Shown here piece after piece: positions 50,696-61,159 of a stretch of DNA of 64,000 bases; position 1 is the first letter of the stretch, and each line of letters starts with the position of its first letter. This DNA comes from an uncultured Chlamydiae bacterium. Lineage in GTDB: Bacteria > Chlamydiota > Chlamydiia > Chlamydiales > JAJFMA01. Where the stretch lies: contig CAVQMM010000001.1 of the NCBI GenBank assembly GCA_963713615.1, positions 1,920,001 through 1,984,000 of the forward strand, given 5' to 3'. The translations under genes were made by a program, and so were the position numbers. The notes beneath the pieces were generated by a model, which was not told the origin of the DNA, ran no database searches, and was given only the letters and a program-made list of their open reading frames with translations.

Positions 50696-50825
50696 GGACT
50701 TTAAGCTTACCCTAGAGGGCTTAATGTCCATTTCTGTCCATAGTGTCCATGCTGTCCATTAATGTCCATTCTAGCCCCAGTATAAATGGACTTTATGGAC
50801 AATAATGGACTCCATGGACAGAAAT

Positions 50826-52165
50826 GCCAGGGGTCAGTCGTGACTTATTGACTTGTTGCCTTCAGTCAAAGGGCCTGTCCGTAACGAAAAGTCAACAAGT
50901 CACGTCTAGACCCCTAACACGTCTGACCCCTAACATTGTGAGAAGGCGATTCTGGAGAGCTTAAGTGGTATGGCACTATCCAGTCTGGAAAGACAGGCTT
51001 TTTTCCCTTCCCAGGCCCGAAGGGTCGATATTGCAACAGGCCATGGCATCGCCATGGTATATGCCAAAACGGTTTTAGCAGCCTGTAGGGCTGCCATAAA
51101 GCGCATGCATAAATGGTGTTTGTAAACTGGCGTCTTGTAGCAGTCCTTCAGACTGCGAAATCCCTTCCTGGCATATACCATGGCGATGCCATCGGCCTGT
51201 TGCAATATCGACCCTTCGGGCCTGGGAAGGGAGAATGCCAGGGGTCAGTCGTGACTTATTGACTTGTTGCCTTCAGTCAAAGGGCCTGTCCGTAACGAAA
51301 AGTCAACAAGTCACGTCTGACCCCTAACATCTGACCCCTAGCATTGTGAGAAGGCGATTCTGGAGAGCTTAAGTGGTATGGCACTATCCAGTCTGGAAAG
51401 ACAGGCTTTTTTTCCCTTCCCAGGCCCGAAGGGTCGATATTGCAACAGGCCATGGCATCGCCATGGTATATGCCAAAACGGTTTTAGCAGCCTGTAGGGC
51501 TGCCATAAAGCGCATGCATAAATGGTGTTTGTAAACTGGCGTCTTGTAGCAGTCCTTCAGACTGCGAAATCCCTTCCTGGCATATACCATGGCGATGCCA
51601 TGGCCTGTTGCAATATCGACCCTTCGGGCCTGGGAAGGGAGAATGCCAGGGGTCAGTCGTGACTTATTGACTTGTTGCCTTCAGTCAAAGGGCCTGTCCG
51701 TAACGAAAAGTCAACAAGTCACGTCTGACCCCTAACATTGTGAGAAGGCGATTCTGGAGAGCTTAAGTGGTATGGCACTATCCAGTCTGGAAAGACAGGC
51801 TTTTCTCCCTTCCCAGGCCCGAAGGGTCGATATTGCAACAGGCCATGGCATCGCCATGGTATATGCCAAAACGGTTTTAGCAGCCTGTAGGGCTGCCATA
51901 AAGCGCATACATAAATGGTGTTTGTAAACTGGCGTCTTGTAGCAGTCCTTCAGACTGCGAAATCCCTTCCTGGCATATACCATGGCGATGCCATGGCCTG
52001 TTGCAATATCGACCCTTCGGGCCTGGGAAGGGAGAAAAGCCTGTCTTTCCAGACTGGATAGTGCCATACCACTTAAGCTCTCTAGAATCGCCTTCTCACA
52101 AAAAAAGGTAACCTTTTTTCCCGAGAATCGATTCTCAAGGGCTCAAATAATTTTGCAATTACCTC
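50826..52165. repeat. Three tandem ~400-bp units of two palindromic elements, ending in a GAGGTAAT-type MITE end
   Basis: ggggtcagtcgtgac...gtcacgtctgacccc and cccaggcccgaagggtcg...cgacccttcgggcctggg each occur three times; right end ttttgcaattacctc matches 39820-39834. Confidence 0.9.
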
Positions 52166-52461
52166 TATATGGTTCTTGGGGATTGGGGGCGGAACGCATC
52201 ACTTTAGAAATTAATGGATTAAAAAATTTAAAACATATCCAATGCCGCTTCCTCTGCGTCTCAGCGCCTCTGCGTCTCAGCGCCTCTGCGTTAAATTTTC
52301 TAGGCTAATTGCACCTGTATGCAATGTGCCCCCAATTCTTCCCAAGAACCTTACAGGTTCGTACGGTACCTAGTTCGCCCAAATCCAAAGTGGTCGCGAG
52401 CGACTGCACAGGTTCCTTGCGACGGCAGTGCTAAGCGGCATCGTATGGATTCGGTTAGGCT

Positions 52462-53520
52462 TCATGTACTAACCCTTCTACCTCTCTCTTTGAGGATGGA
52501 TATTGTTTCTTCAAGCTTCCACCGACCCTTTAGTGCCAAATCATAAACTGATAGTACTGTCTCACTTGTTTGACTATAATTGACCCCTAAGCCGCAATTA
52601 GTTACAAACAGGAAAGCCTCTTCAAAACTAAGCCCATGATATTTAATTAAATAAGCAAGGACTATTACATAATTCCACTCAGCTTCGTTAGTAAAACGGT
52701 AAAGCAAAACCCCGCCATTATGAATGCATCGATAGAGAACGTCTGCATAATAATCTAGCCGAAGATACTGATCAACTGCAGACCCATCCACCTGAACAAG
52801 CGATCCTATCTGATAGCCTTGCAATTCGATACCTTTTTCGTTTAGGTAATTGGCGTTCAAGTTTTGGGTCCATTCCATGGGACATATCAGATGTTTAACG
52901 TCCATGTCGTCTACAAGCTCGTGACACCTGCCGTTACCTACGAACAAGCCAGGCAAAACCTTATAATAATATGGCTTGTCTGACGAATTCAAAGGTAAGT
53001 CTTTTTGCGTTAAGCCTACAGGTAAAGGTAATATTTCTTCTGGTATGCCATCTTCATTTCCAGGTTGTTTCAACAAATTATTTATGTCAGCAAGAGCATT
53101 TTTTACTATTTCTTTTTCACACTCAGTGACAAGACTGTCAAATGGTTGCGACTGTTCAATTAGGTCGTTAATGTTTCCATTACCTGCGCTATGCGACTGG
53201 TCACTCATCTCTTTGTTCGGTTTCGATAACCCAGTTTTGAGGTTCCAGTTGTTTTCATCATCTACCTGCTGCTCTACGACGGTTTCTCCATTAAGTGCTC
53301 GCTTAGCTGCTAGGTAATTTTTTGCAAACATAGCACCTGCAATTAAAAATGCAGTAGTGACACAACCAAAGGCTAGCGTTTGGGTGGAGTTGTTCCGGTC
53401 TTCATTGGACTTATTCAAAGCATTTACTGCTGGAGCTAAAGCACTTAATGTAGTAATAGCAATATATGATGGTCTAACATGCTCTGCTACTGTATTTAAT
53501 AAACTTCTTATTGCTTCCAT
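52462..53520 (-). CDS. Putative effector with hydrophobic N-terminus and degenerate dual-specificity-phosphatase domain
   Basis: LPGLFVGN...GGVLL...IVLAYLIKYHGLSFEEAF.FV; no HCxxGxxRS. Confidence 0.65.
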   Translation of the reverse strand: MEAIRSLLNTVAEHVRPSYIAITTLSALAPAVNALNKSNEDRNNSTQTLAFGCVTTAFLIAGAMFAKNYLAAKRALNGETVVEQQVDDENNWNLKTGLSKPNKEMSDQSHSAGNGNINDLIEQSQPFDSLVTECEKEIVKNALADINNLLKQPGNEDGIPEEILPLPVGLTQKDLPLNSSDKPYYYKVLPGLFVGNGRCHELVDDMDVKHLICPMEWTQNLNANYLNEKGIELQGYQIGSLVQVDGSAVDQYLRLDYYADVLYRCIHNGGVLLYRFTNEAEWNYVIVLAYLIKYHGLSFEEAFLFVTNCGLGVNYSQTSETVLSVYDLALKGRWKLEETISILKERGRRVST

Positions 53521-53893
53521 AACTTGTTCTCCTCTTATGAGATTATGATTTTTATGGCGATAATACATAAATTGAATGTTTCACACAAGTTGAATTTCTT
53601 TCCACTGCATTAGTCCAACCTAGTTTAATAGACAATATGGACATGATGGATGTTTGTAAAACAAAGAAAATTCTTTAAAGCAGTTGTAACTCTTAAAGGT
53701 ATTGAAGAATCAGCTCAAGGATCTGTTAGCCCCGGGGAGTTAAGCGCTTATGGAGCATCACTCTAGGTAGATATTTACTAATTACAAGTTATAATGAATA
53801 ACCATTACACACAAAATTAAATAGATTAATATTGACCTATATTACTATAAACATTAAAGTATCAACTTAGTCCTGCAGAAGGTAACTATAAGT

Positions 53894-54997
53894 GTGAATC
53901 GAACAAACAATAAAAGAGTTTTGTTAATGGCACTTCATTTATTATCTCAAAGACCTACAAAAACTTTCCTTGCCTCTCTAGTTATTTTTATTACTTGCTG
54001 TGTGTTAACTACAGAGCAACCTCTTCTTTCCGAAGAGCTTCCCACAAACAGTTCAATTGTGCGACGGGTAGCTTTTGATCTTGGATCCGGTAAAGTGAAG
54101 GTTCAAGTAGCCGATGTCGATGTGACCACTAATACTATCTTCCGAGTGGTTTTTACCAAATCCGTTCCCCTCGAAATGAGTCAAGACCTCGTTAGTGGTG
54201 GTCAAGGTCGTTTTAGTGAAAAGATTCAGACCAAAGCTCTCGAAACAATTGCCAAGTTAAAAAGATTAACTGATGTATTTGCACCAGAGAGTTACCGTGG
54301 CGTTGCCACAGCAGCCTTCCGTAAGGCCAGTAATGGCGGCGATCTCATTCAGCAGATAGACAGTCAACTAGGCATTCCTGTGACCATCATCGATCAAGAC
54401 GAGGAGGGAGCTCTCGGGTTTCTAACCATGATAGCTGAATCTGGCGCAGATCCCGAAGAGGTCATTTGCTGGGACACTGGGGGCGGCAGCTTTCAGATTA
54501 CGGCACAATGTGGGCAAGAAGTCAGTGTTTTGCAGGGAGATTTGGGAATTAATTCTTTCAAGAACTGGATCATCCGCGAACTCGATCACCAAGACCCCAA
54601 TGATACGGCGTCCCCAAATCCTATATGGATCCATGAAATAGGCGAAAGCTTGGAATATGTGGCCTCCAAAATGGGTGAAATCCCCTCTTGCGTGAGGAAA
54701 CGGTTGAATGATTATTATGTGCGCATTGCATTCCTTAGCCATTCGGCTGTTTTGCCAGATCAAGCAGTTGTCACTTCGAATGACTTGTGGAATTTGTTAG
54801 AGGAACGCCTAGGCCTCTCCGATGAAGAGCTTGCTATCAACCTTTCTTTAAGACGCTCGAATACCGATATCGCCGTTGCTTACCCCCTGCTTCTGCTGGG
54901 AATCATGAAATCGTTGGGTATTCATGAGCTACATGTTTATGAAATCGTCTCAGGAAATACCAGTGGTTTGCTGATCTCCGAAAAATACTGGGATTAA
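53894..54997 (+). CDS. Ppx/GppA-family (ASKHA) phosphatase-like secreted protein
   Basis: FDLGSG, VATAAFRKASN, EEG.LGF, WDTGGGSFQ. Confidence 0.85.
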   Translation: MNRTNNKRVLLMALHLLSQRPTKTFLASLVIFITCCVLTTEQPLLSEELPTNSSIVRRVAFDLGSGKVKVQVADVDVTTNTIFRVVFTKSVPLEMSQDLVSGGQGRFSEKIQTKALETIAKLKRLTDVFAPESYRGVATAAFRKASNGGDLIQQIDSQLGIPVTIIDQDEEGALGFLTMIAESGADPEEVICWDTGGGSFQITAQCGQEVSVLQGDLGINSFKNWIIRELDHQDPNDTASPNPIWIHEIGESLEYVASKMGEIPSCVRKRLNDYYVRIAFLSHSAVLPDQAVVTSNDLWNLLEERLGLSDEELAINLSLRRSNTDIAVAYPLLLLGIMKSLGIHELHVYEIVSGNTSGLLISEKYWD

Positions 54998-55072
54998 AGC
55001 CCTTACTCTGAACTTTTGTAGATAAGAGTCAATACCTTACACATCATCGAATAACACGCGCAGCGCTTCCAA

Positions 55073-55353
55073 GTAACTCAAAAGGTTGGCTGGCGCAATT
55101 TCCTATGTGGCGCAGTCATTCCATGCATTCCAAGACTGCGAGAACGGTTGAAACAGATTCTGTTTGCATCTCATGGAACGTTTGTTTTGCATGTCTCCAC
55201 AATTGCAACGGATTGTTCGCATTCATGGAATGACTGCGCCACAGGGGATTGTTTTCATAAAGTTATGTGGGTAAAGGCCCCCGCAGTCATGGAATGACTG
55301 CGGATGGGCCCTTACCCACATAGGAAATTGCGCCAGCCAACCTTTTGAGTTAC
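55073..55353. mobile_element. GTAAC...GTTAC-ended element with 38-bp IRs enclosing REP units
   Basis: gtaactcaaaaggttggctggcgcaatttcctatgtgg and its exact reverse complement; the same end occurs at ~14308, ~29599 and ~42753. Confidence 0.75.
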
Positions 55354-55438
55354 TCGGAATCTTCAACTTCAACTAGTTATCGTTTATTAAACTAATTACT
55401 TTCTGTTATAATTCATTTATAAATAGGGAGGGTTAGTT

Positions 55439-57355
55439 GTGGAAGACTATAGACTTGCTCCTGATAAATATACGTTGGGTAATGCTCTAGTTTGGGGAAA
55501 TTGCAACGAACATCGTAAAAAAATATTCGAAGCGGGTCAATCTTGGTCTGGCAGGATAGTCCATAGCCTTATTGCCTTTTTGGAAGCTATACCCGTCCTG
55601 GGTCAAATTGCCTCTCTTGCAGAAATGCGACTCGCCCGCGGTGGCTCAGCAAGCAAAGCGATCAAAAATCCGTCAAAACTTTCAGTTCAAGGAGAACAGG
55701 GAAGAAAAGGCCCTCTATCGGGTGCGGCCGAAAAGGTCGAAATCATTTATATGGTCCCTGCCGACGCCAAGAAAGGTAAAGAGGCGCTTGAACTCGTGAA
55801 AAAGCTCATACAGGATGGAATGACCATCGATAGAGACTACATCATGTTCAACTACCCTAACCTAATAGCAAGGGTAGGAAAAGAAAATGAAGCGGAGGCC
55901 CGCAAACTTATTAACGAAACGTATCTGAGCCAGTTGCAAGAAGGTATTTCAGCAGGTGAGGTCCCCATCCCTCAATCCGTTCTAGCCCTGCTGAAGTATC
56001 ACAACAAAGAAAGTGTCGTTCAATCTCATGAAGCGATCATCAGGCAAGAAATGACAACAATGCTGGCTAATTTACCAAAAGATAAGCTTCAAGAACCCGA
56101 ACCTTCGCAATTGGTTGATCAGCTTCGTAGTATTCTTTTTGAATGCATTTCCAAAAATATAGAAATGGACCAAGACGAAGTTGCACAGTTTAAAGAAGAC
56201 CTTATTCATCTCCATGATTTGGAACTCCACTGGCTAAAAGTCAAAGAAGAGAGTCAAAAACATCTACGTGAAAGGATCTCCGAATGCGATATCGTTATTT
56301 CCGATCTTTGCAAAGGAATAAACGACCAAAAATTTGTCGCCGATTTAAAACAAACAGTGAAAGATGAGTTGTTAAGGGTTCCAATACCTGATTTTACTCA
56401 ATCACAAATTAATGCCGCGTTAAGAGTTAAATCTAAGGATAATACTTTCCGTCTATTACGTGCAATTGCTGTAAGCATCAATCAAGATGATGTAGATAAC
56501 TATAAAAATTATATTAGTCAGTCAACAGAGCATGTTCTAAAACAGATTCTTTCCAGCAATTTTGTTTCTAGTCTTTGGATGAAAAAATTTAATTGTGAAC
56601 AAAAAGTACGCTATTCTCAAATCAGCGGAGGAAATGATGAAGTATTAGGCAAGGGGTGTTGCCTTGCGATTAACTTAAATTGGGGAAAATCTCTAGCTAC
56701 TTTAGGAACAACAAAGATAAAATCAGTAGAACAACTTTATCAAAATCCAGATTCTGAGGGTGAGCAGTCCAAACTATTAATAAAAGCTCTTACTAATACA
56801 AATATTCTTGAAAAAGCAAAAAAATATAGGCCGTCAAAGCATGACTCTTCGGAGGACGAAGACTCTTCCTGGGACGAATTTGAAAGTCCCAGGCCAGATT
56901 TTATTTATGATGACTCCAAAGACAATGTAAAGACAAAGGAACGATTCGTTCAAGCCAAGTTTGCGCATGAATTCAAGTCAGATAATTCAACACACCTCAT
57001 CCAAAACGTTGTCAAAAAGGATGGCTTTGCAGCAAAAAAGGTGCCTATAAACAAGCTACAAACCATAGGAACTAATCTAAAAACAATAAATAGTGATAAT
57101 AAAAAAAATGGAAATGATTTCGATTCACTTGGCTTTATAGCTCTAACAATTAGAGATAACACTGGCGTTGGTCATGCTATTGGTTGCAAAATAGATCATA
57201 ACACCGACCTCTTCCGGTTTTGGGATCCAAATTTTGGTATATTTGAGACAAAGAACTTTGAAGATTTCTGCAACGCATTTGATGCATTTCTCGAGCAACA
57301 CTATAAGGGATGGTTTCCAACTGAGGCAAATGAGATCTTTAAAGTAGCTGCGTAG
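55439..57355 (+). CDS. Putative effector with YopT-like (peptidase C58) cysteine protease domain
   Basis: KGCCLAI..W, GHAIG, FWDPNFG give a Cys-His-Asp arrangement; GGGAGG RBS before GTG. Confidence 0.72.
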   Translation: MEDYRLAPDKYTLGNALVWGNCNEHRKKIFEAGQSWSGRIVHSLIAFLEAIPVLGQIASLAEMRLARGGSASKAIKNPSKLSVQGEQGRKGPLSGAAEKVEIIYMVPADAKKGKEALELVKKLIQDGMTIDRDYIMFNYPNLIARVGKENEAEARKLINETYLSQLQEGISAGEVPIPQSVLALLKYHNKESVVQSHEAIIRQEMTTMLANLPKDKLQEPEPSQLVDQLRSILFECISKNIEMDQDEVAQFKEDLIHLHDLELHWLKVKEESQKHLRERISECDIVISDLCKGINDQKFVADLKQTVKDELLRVPIPDFTQSQINAALRVKSKDNTFRLLRAIAVSINQDDVDNYKNYISQSTEHVLKQILSSNFVSSLWMKKFNCEQKVRYSQISGGNDEVLGKGCCLAINLNWGKSLATLGTTKIKSVEQLYQNPDSEGEQSKLLIKALTNTNILEKAKKYRPSKHDSSEDEDSSWDEFESPRPDFIYDDSKDNVKTKERFVQAKFAHEFKSDNSTHLIQNVVKKDGFAAKKVPINKLQTIGTNLKTINSDNKKNGNDFDSLGFIALTIRDNTGVGHAIGCKIDHNTDLFRFWDPNFGIFETKNFEDFCNAFDAFLEQHYKGWFPTEANEIFKVAA

Positions 57356-57786
57356 TCCAATTTTCCGTTTTATCGACTTTCTCTTTACCTCTCATCATGC
57401 AATTTCAAAATCGCATTTTGAAATTGCATGATGAGAGCGATATGTATCTTACACGCGCGATAGAAGCCTCGCTTCTCAGAGCCATTCGGCAGTTTCCTAA
57501 GCCTCCTGGCCACTCGCGCGGGGCAGCTTCTCAATATCTCAGAAGTCTGAATGTCCATTTCTTGCGCCGTACAAAATCCTGTCTGAGGATTTTGTCGAAG
57601 GATAACCCTACAGAAGTCCTTAGAGTGAATTTTGTCTAAGGCCCCACAAACGGGTTATTCTATCCTCTCTCTCCGATCTCGGCGTCTCTGTGTTCTCTGT
57701 GGTAAAATCCTAAAAAGCCCCACAAGCGGCTCGCAAGGCAAAGCGCCCAAACAAGAATGTGTGCTCTCCTTTGCGTTAAACTCCCG

Positions 57787-58605
57787 CTAGTAGCGAAAGT
57801 AGGTACGGGCATCTTTCCACGTATATTGAACACGTTCTTTGCGGTCCCAATCGTAACGCACTTGTACACTCAGATAAGGGTAGGCGTGATTGTTGTCGAT
57901 ATTACGCCCTTCGTATCGTTGGTATAGCTTCACAAACACTTCTTTATTATACCAAGGCGGTGTCGAAACGTCGGTATCCTTGTCATACCGCTCAAATTCT
58001 GTGTGAGCTTTATCGCCGCGATATTTTGGAGTGTCTCTATAATATTGAAAAATCAGCTCCAAAATACTTTCAGGGCGATTCTCCAGGCCCATAACATAAA
58101 AAGAGGCCTCAGCACCCACAAGGTGTTTACTGCTAGCGTTTGCTGGCGATGGATCTAGGTACTTATTGTGATCCGGACAGCGATGCCCTGAGGTGATCAC
58201 GACACGCTTACCTGTTTTGTCCTGAATGTAATTGGTCAGGTCAATCAGGATGGGATAGATACTCTCTTTGCCATCACGCACGGGAAGACCATGCGTATCG
58301 CCTCCACCGCAATCGCTGTGATGGATGGCAGGCCCCTGCGCTTGAGCTACCACATGTGTGGGATTGGTGGCACAGCCGCGACACCGAAAAAACTCCTTAG
58401 TAATTCGAGGATGCTGACTACGCATTCCTGAATCCCATGGATACTGCTCGGGAGCCTGCCACGAAGGCGGCGTGGCTACAAAGACAGATTCGTCGTGTTG
58501 TCGGTCGATATAAGAAGCTAGTTGGTTATTGCGTCGAGATCCTTCGTCTCCCGACGTACAGGCTACCAACAGGCACAAAAGCAAAAGAGGAAACCATTTC
58601 ATCAT
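57787..58605 (-). CDS. Lipoprotein with peptidase M15A-like domain (chlamydial conserved)
   Basis: LVAC lipobox; ITSGHRCPDHN...SKHLVG. Confidence 0.8.
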   Translation of the reverse strand: MMKWFPLLLLCLLVACTSGDEGSRRNNQLASYIDRQHDESVFVATPPSWQAPEQYPWDSGMRSQHPRITKEFFRCRGCATNPTHVVAQAQGPAIHHSDCGGGDTHGLPVRDGKESIYPILIDLTNYIQDKTGKRVVITSGHRCPDHNKYLDPSPANASSKHLVGAEASFYVMGLENRPESILELIFQYYRDTPKYRGDKAHTEFERYDKDTDVSTPPWYNKEVFVKLYQRYEGRNIDNNHAYPYLSVQVRYDWDRKERVQYTWKDARTYFRY

Positions 58606-59393
58606 AGCTCGTCAGGATACCGCACTTTCACAAGAAATAAGCCGTGTGATGGGGCCGCCTGTCCCGCTAAGCGTCTGTCACGGGCTTGCAAGAGGCGCGC
58701 TATGTCCTCAACTGGTCTTTTGCCATCGCCAACCTCTACCAAAGTGCCTACAATATTGCGCACCATCTTATACAAAAAACCTTCTCCATCAAACTCTAGC
58801 CTCACTCCCTCGTCATCTGGCACCACGTCAAGTCTCCACAACGTCCGCACGGCATCTTTAGAAGCACTGCCTTTGTGGGTTTCATTGGCAAAGGAGGTAA
58901 AATCGTGCCTCCCAATGAATTGCTGGGCTGCCAGGCGCAGGGCTTCAAGATCCATCCTGTGACGTACATGCCAGCGATAAAGACGGTGAAATGGATTTTG
59001 GGTGCGGTTAAGCGTCAGAAAATAATGGTATTCCTTGCCAATAGCGCTATAGCGAGCATGAAAATGAGCCGGAGCGGGCTCCAGAGTCAATACGCGTATA
59101 GCGTGAGGCAGTATGCCGTTTAGTGCATGAATAATACGAAAAGTGTCCAACGGTTCCCGAGAGTGAAAATGTGCGACCTGCTCCAGAGCATGCACACCAG
59201 AGTCTGTACGTCCCGCCCCTAAAACGGTCACGTGATATTTAAGCAATACGGCAAGGGCTTTTTCGACAAGCTCCTGAATGGTCACGCCATTGGGCTGAAC
59301 CTGCCAACCGCTGAATTCCGTGCCATCATAGGCAAGGTTCATACGGTAGCACAGCTGCGGAAGATCGGGTTCGCTAGTGCCCATAATTATCAT
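58602..59393 (-). CDS. truA: tRNA pseudouridine(38-40) synthase
   Basis: YDGTEFSGWQVQ, AGRTDSGVHA, FHARYSA, FLYKMVRNIVG; start uncertain. Confidence 0.96.
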   Translation of the reverse strand: MIIMGTSEPDLPQLCYRMNLAYDGTEFSGWQVQPNGVTIQELVEKALAVLLKYHVTVLGAGRTDSGVHALEQVAHFHSREPLDTFRIIHALNGILPHAIRVLTLEPAPAHFHARYSAIGKEYHYFLTLNRTQNPFHRLYRWHVRHRMDLEALRLAAQQFIGRHDFTSFANETHKGSASKDAVRTLWRLDVVPDDEGVRLEFDGEGFLYKMVRNIVGTLVEVGDGKRPVEDIARLLQARDRRLAGQAAPSHGLFLVKVRYPDEL

Positions 59394-60108
59394 TAACTGT
59401 TGGGAGTGTGTGTGCAAAGAGAGCGGCATGCTTGTCTAAGAGGCATTCTGCAAGCACCAAGTCGTCAGGAGTTGTGATTTTGAGGTTTGAATAATCCCCC
59501 TGAACGAGCTTGACGGGCTTTCCTAGAGCCTCAACAAGGGATACATCATCAGTAACGGCGATGTTATGGGCTAATGCATGTTGAAAAGCATCCCTAAGCA
59601 AAGTAGCTCGAATGACCTGAGGCGTCTGAATCTCCCACAAACAAGACCTTTCCAAGGTACTATGGACAAGATTGTCGCCATAGCTTTGCTTGACAGTAGC
59701 TTTGAGGGGAACACCGACGGTGGCGGCGCCATGCTCTGCGGCTCCCTCCAGGGCAGACACAAGCATTTGATGCGTGATCATGGGCCTTGCAGCGTCGTGG
59801 ATACAGATATAATCGGCATCCTGCGAGGCGGCCTGCAGCCCATTGTAGACGGAATCTTGGCGTCTTGGGCCTGGTTCCGCAAAAACTAATGGGATTCTCG
59901 AAAAGGCGCTAGAAAAATAATGGCGGTAGTCAGGATGACAAACAACAATGAGCTCTGATATCGCAGGACTGTTTACAAAGAGGTCAAAGCTGTAATGGGC
60001 AACCGGTTTGCCATCGAGAGGTAGGTACTGCTTAGGTGTGTCTCCCCCCATGCGCGTGCCGGTGCCTCCAGCCAGAAGAATAGCACTCACCCTCCCCCAT
60101 CCTGTCAT
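59374..60108 (-). CDS. ispD: 2-C-methyl-D-erythritol 4-phosphate cytidylyltransferase
   Basis: LAGGTGTRMG...PKQY, IHDAARP, QTPQ, TDD, NLKITTPDDL. Confidence 0.96.
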   Translation of the reverse strand: MTGWGRVSAILLAGGTGTRMGGDTPKQYLPLDGKPVAHYSFDLFVNSPAISELIVVCHPDYRHYFSSAFSRIPLVFAEPGPRRQDSVYNGLQAASQDADYICIHDAARPMITHQMLVSALEGAAEHGAATVGVPLKATVKQSYGDNLVHSTLERSCLWEIQTPQVIRATLLRDAFQHALAHNIAVTDDVSLVEALGKPVKLVQGDYSNLKITTPDDLVLAECLLDKHAALFAHTLPTVNDNYGH

Positions 60109-61097
60109 ACTGAAGCTCCAGTCTGGGATAAAGTAATTAATGTTAATTCTGGGCTGGCGCGAAAGCGAAAACGTAACGTGCCTCCAAGACCCCGACTAAT
60201 ATGCACCCATTTGTTTCCGTAACGGAATGTGCCTCTGACAAAGTTGGGATTTTCCAAGACAACAAAGCGACCACGCACCCAGGGCAAATTGATCTGCCCG
60301 CCATGTAGATGACCACAGAGGATAACATCGCCTGGAAAGGCCTCCAACCGAGGAAGACAATCGGGGTTATGGGCAAGGACAATGCCGGGAAGCTGTGTGT
60401 CATAGCCGCGAAAAGCTTGGTCAGGATCGAAATGGCTAGCCATGTATTCCCCAACACCCGTGAGGTTAAGAGCTGACTTTTTAACGGGTATTTGAATCGT
60501 GCGGTTATCCAGTAGTTCAAATGGAGTACCAGCCAGCAGAGAGGTGAGCTCAGCATTGGGCTGTAATGCGCCTAGGCGTGGCGAATATACCCCTGTAACC
60601 TTTTGCTTGCTCAAAACACGCCGAAAGCCCTTGCTGATCTCTCCAGGAACACTCTCCACGATGTCATAGTCCCCAGCCGCATTGACGGCAACATAAGACT
60701 GATAGTCGTGATTACCGAAGATGGTATAGCATCCCAAGGGAGCGTTAAAACGGGAGAGAAAGCTTTTTAGCCTGATCGGGTCACTCATTTTAGAGTAACA
60801 AAGGAAGTCACCGGTGAATACAACGAGGTCTGGTTCCCAGTGCTGAATCTTGCGAAATAGTCGGTCTAGGAAGTGATCGGGTACATCTGGTTGGAGATGC
60901 AAATCGCTGAATTGGGCGATTTTTAGACCTTCTAGATCTTCGGGAAGCTTCGCTATTGGCAGCGATAAGCGGGTCGTAAAGAGAAGGTTGGGTTCGATAA
61001 AACGCGGCCAAATGCCAATAATGGACACAACGCATCCAAGATCCCAAAGAATTCTTGTCATTTTTGAGGAGGCAGAAGCAGAAGACGTCGCTGTCAT
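60105..61097 (-). CDS. Calcineurin-like metallophosphoesterase (CT461/LpxG-like position)
   Basis: SDLH, TGD, GNHD, HNPD, GHLHGGQ; synteny between SWIB and ispD. Confidence 0.88.
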   Translation of the reverse strand: MTATSSASASSKMTRILWDLGCVVSIIGIWPRFIEPNLLFTTRLSLPIAKLPEDLEGLKIAQFSDLHLQPDVPDHFLDRLFRKIQHWEPDLVVFTGDFLCYSKMSDPIRLKSFLSRFNAPLGCYTIFGNHDYQSYVAVNAAGDYDIVESVPGEISKGFRRVLSKQKVTGVYSPRLGALQPNAELTSLLAGTPFELLDNRTIQIPVKKSALNLTGVGEYMASHFDPDQAFRGYDTQLPGIVLAHNPDCLPRLEAFPGDVILCGHLHGGQINLPWVRGRFVVLENPNFVRGTFRYGNKWVHISRGLGGTLRFRFRASPELTLITLSQTGASV

Positions 61098-61159
61098 ACA
61101 TTAAGCCAAATGATTTCCTGTGGAAACGCTACCAGACATGAGGTATAAATCGCTAGGAT

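Noticed and set aside
42827..50700. tRNA-anchored integrative island carrying the aro operon
   Set aside because: No integrase and no duplicated tRNA 3' end seen; the operon lies on the 5' side of the tRNA
50930..52308. Repeated small ORFs MVYARKGFRSLKDC... (also at 16860 and 39470)
   Set aside because: They lie wholly within palindromic repeat elements and are probably spurious
57390..57436. Operator or ncRNA at the palindrome ctctcatcatgcaatttcaaaa...ttttgaaattgcatgatgagag
   Set aside because: Lies between convergent genes among other repeat fragments; most simply a collapsed MITE or terminator
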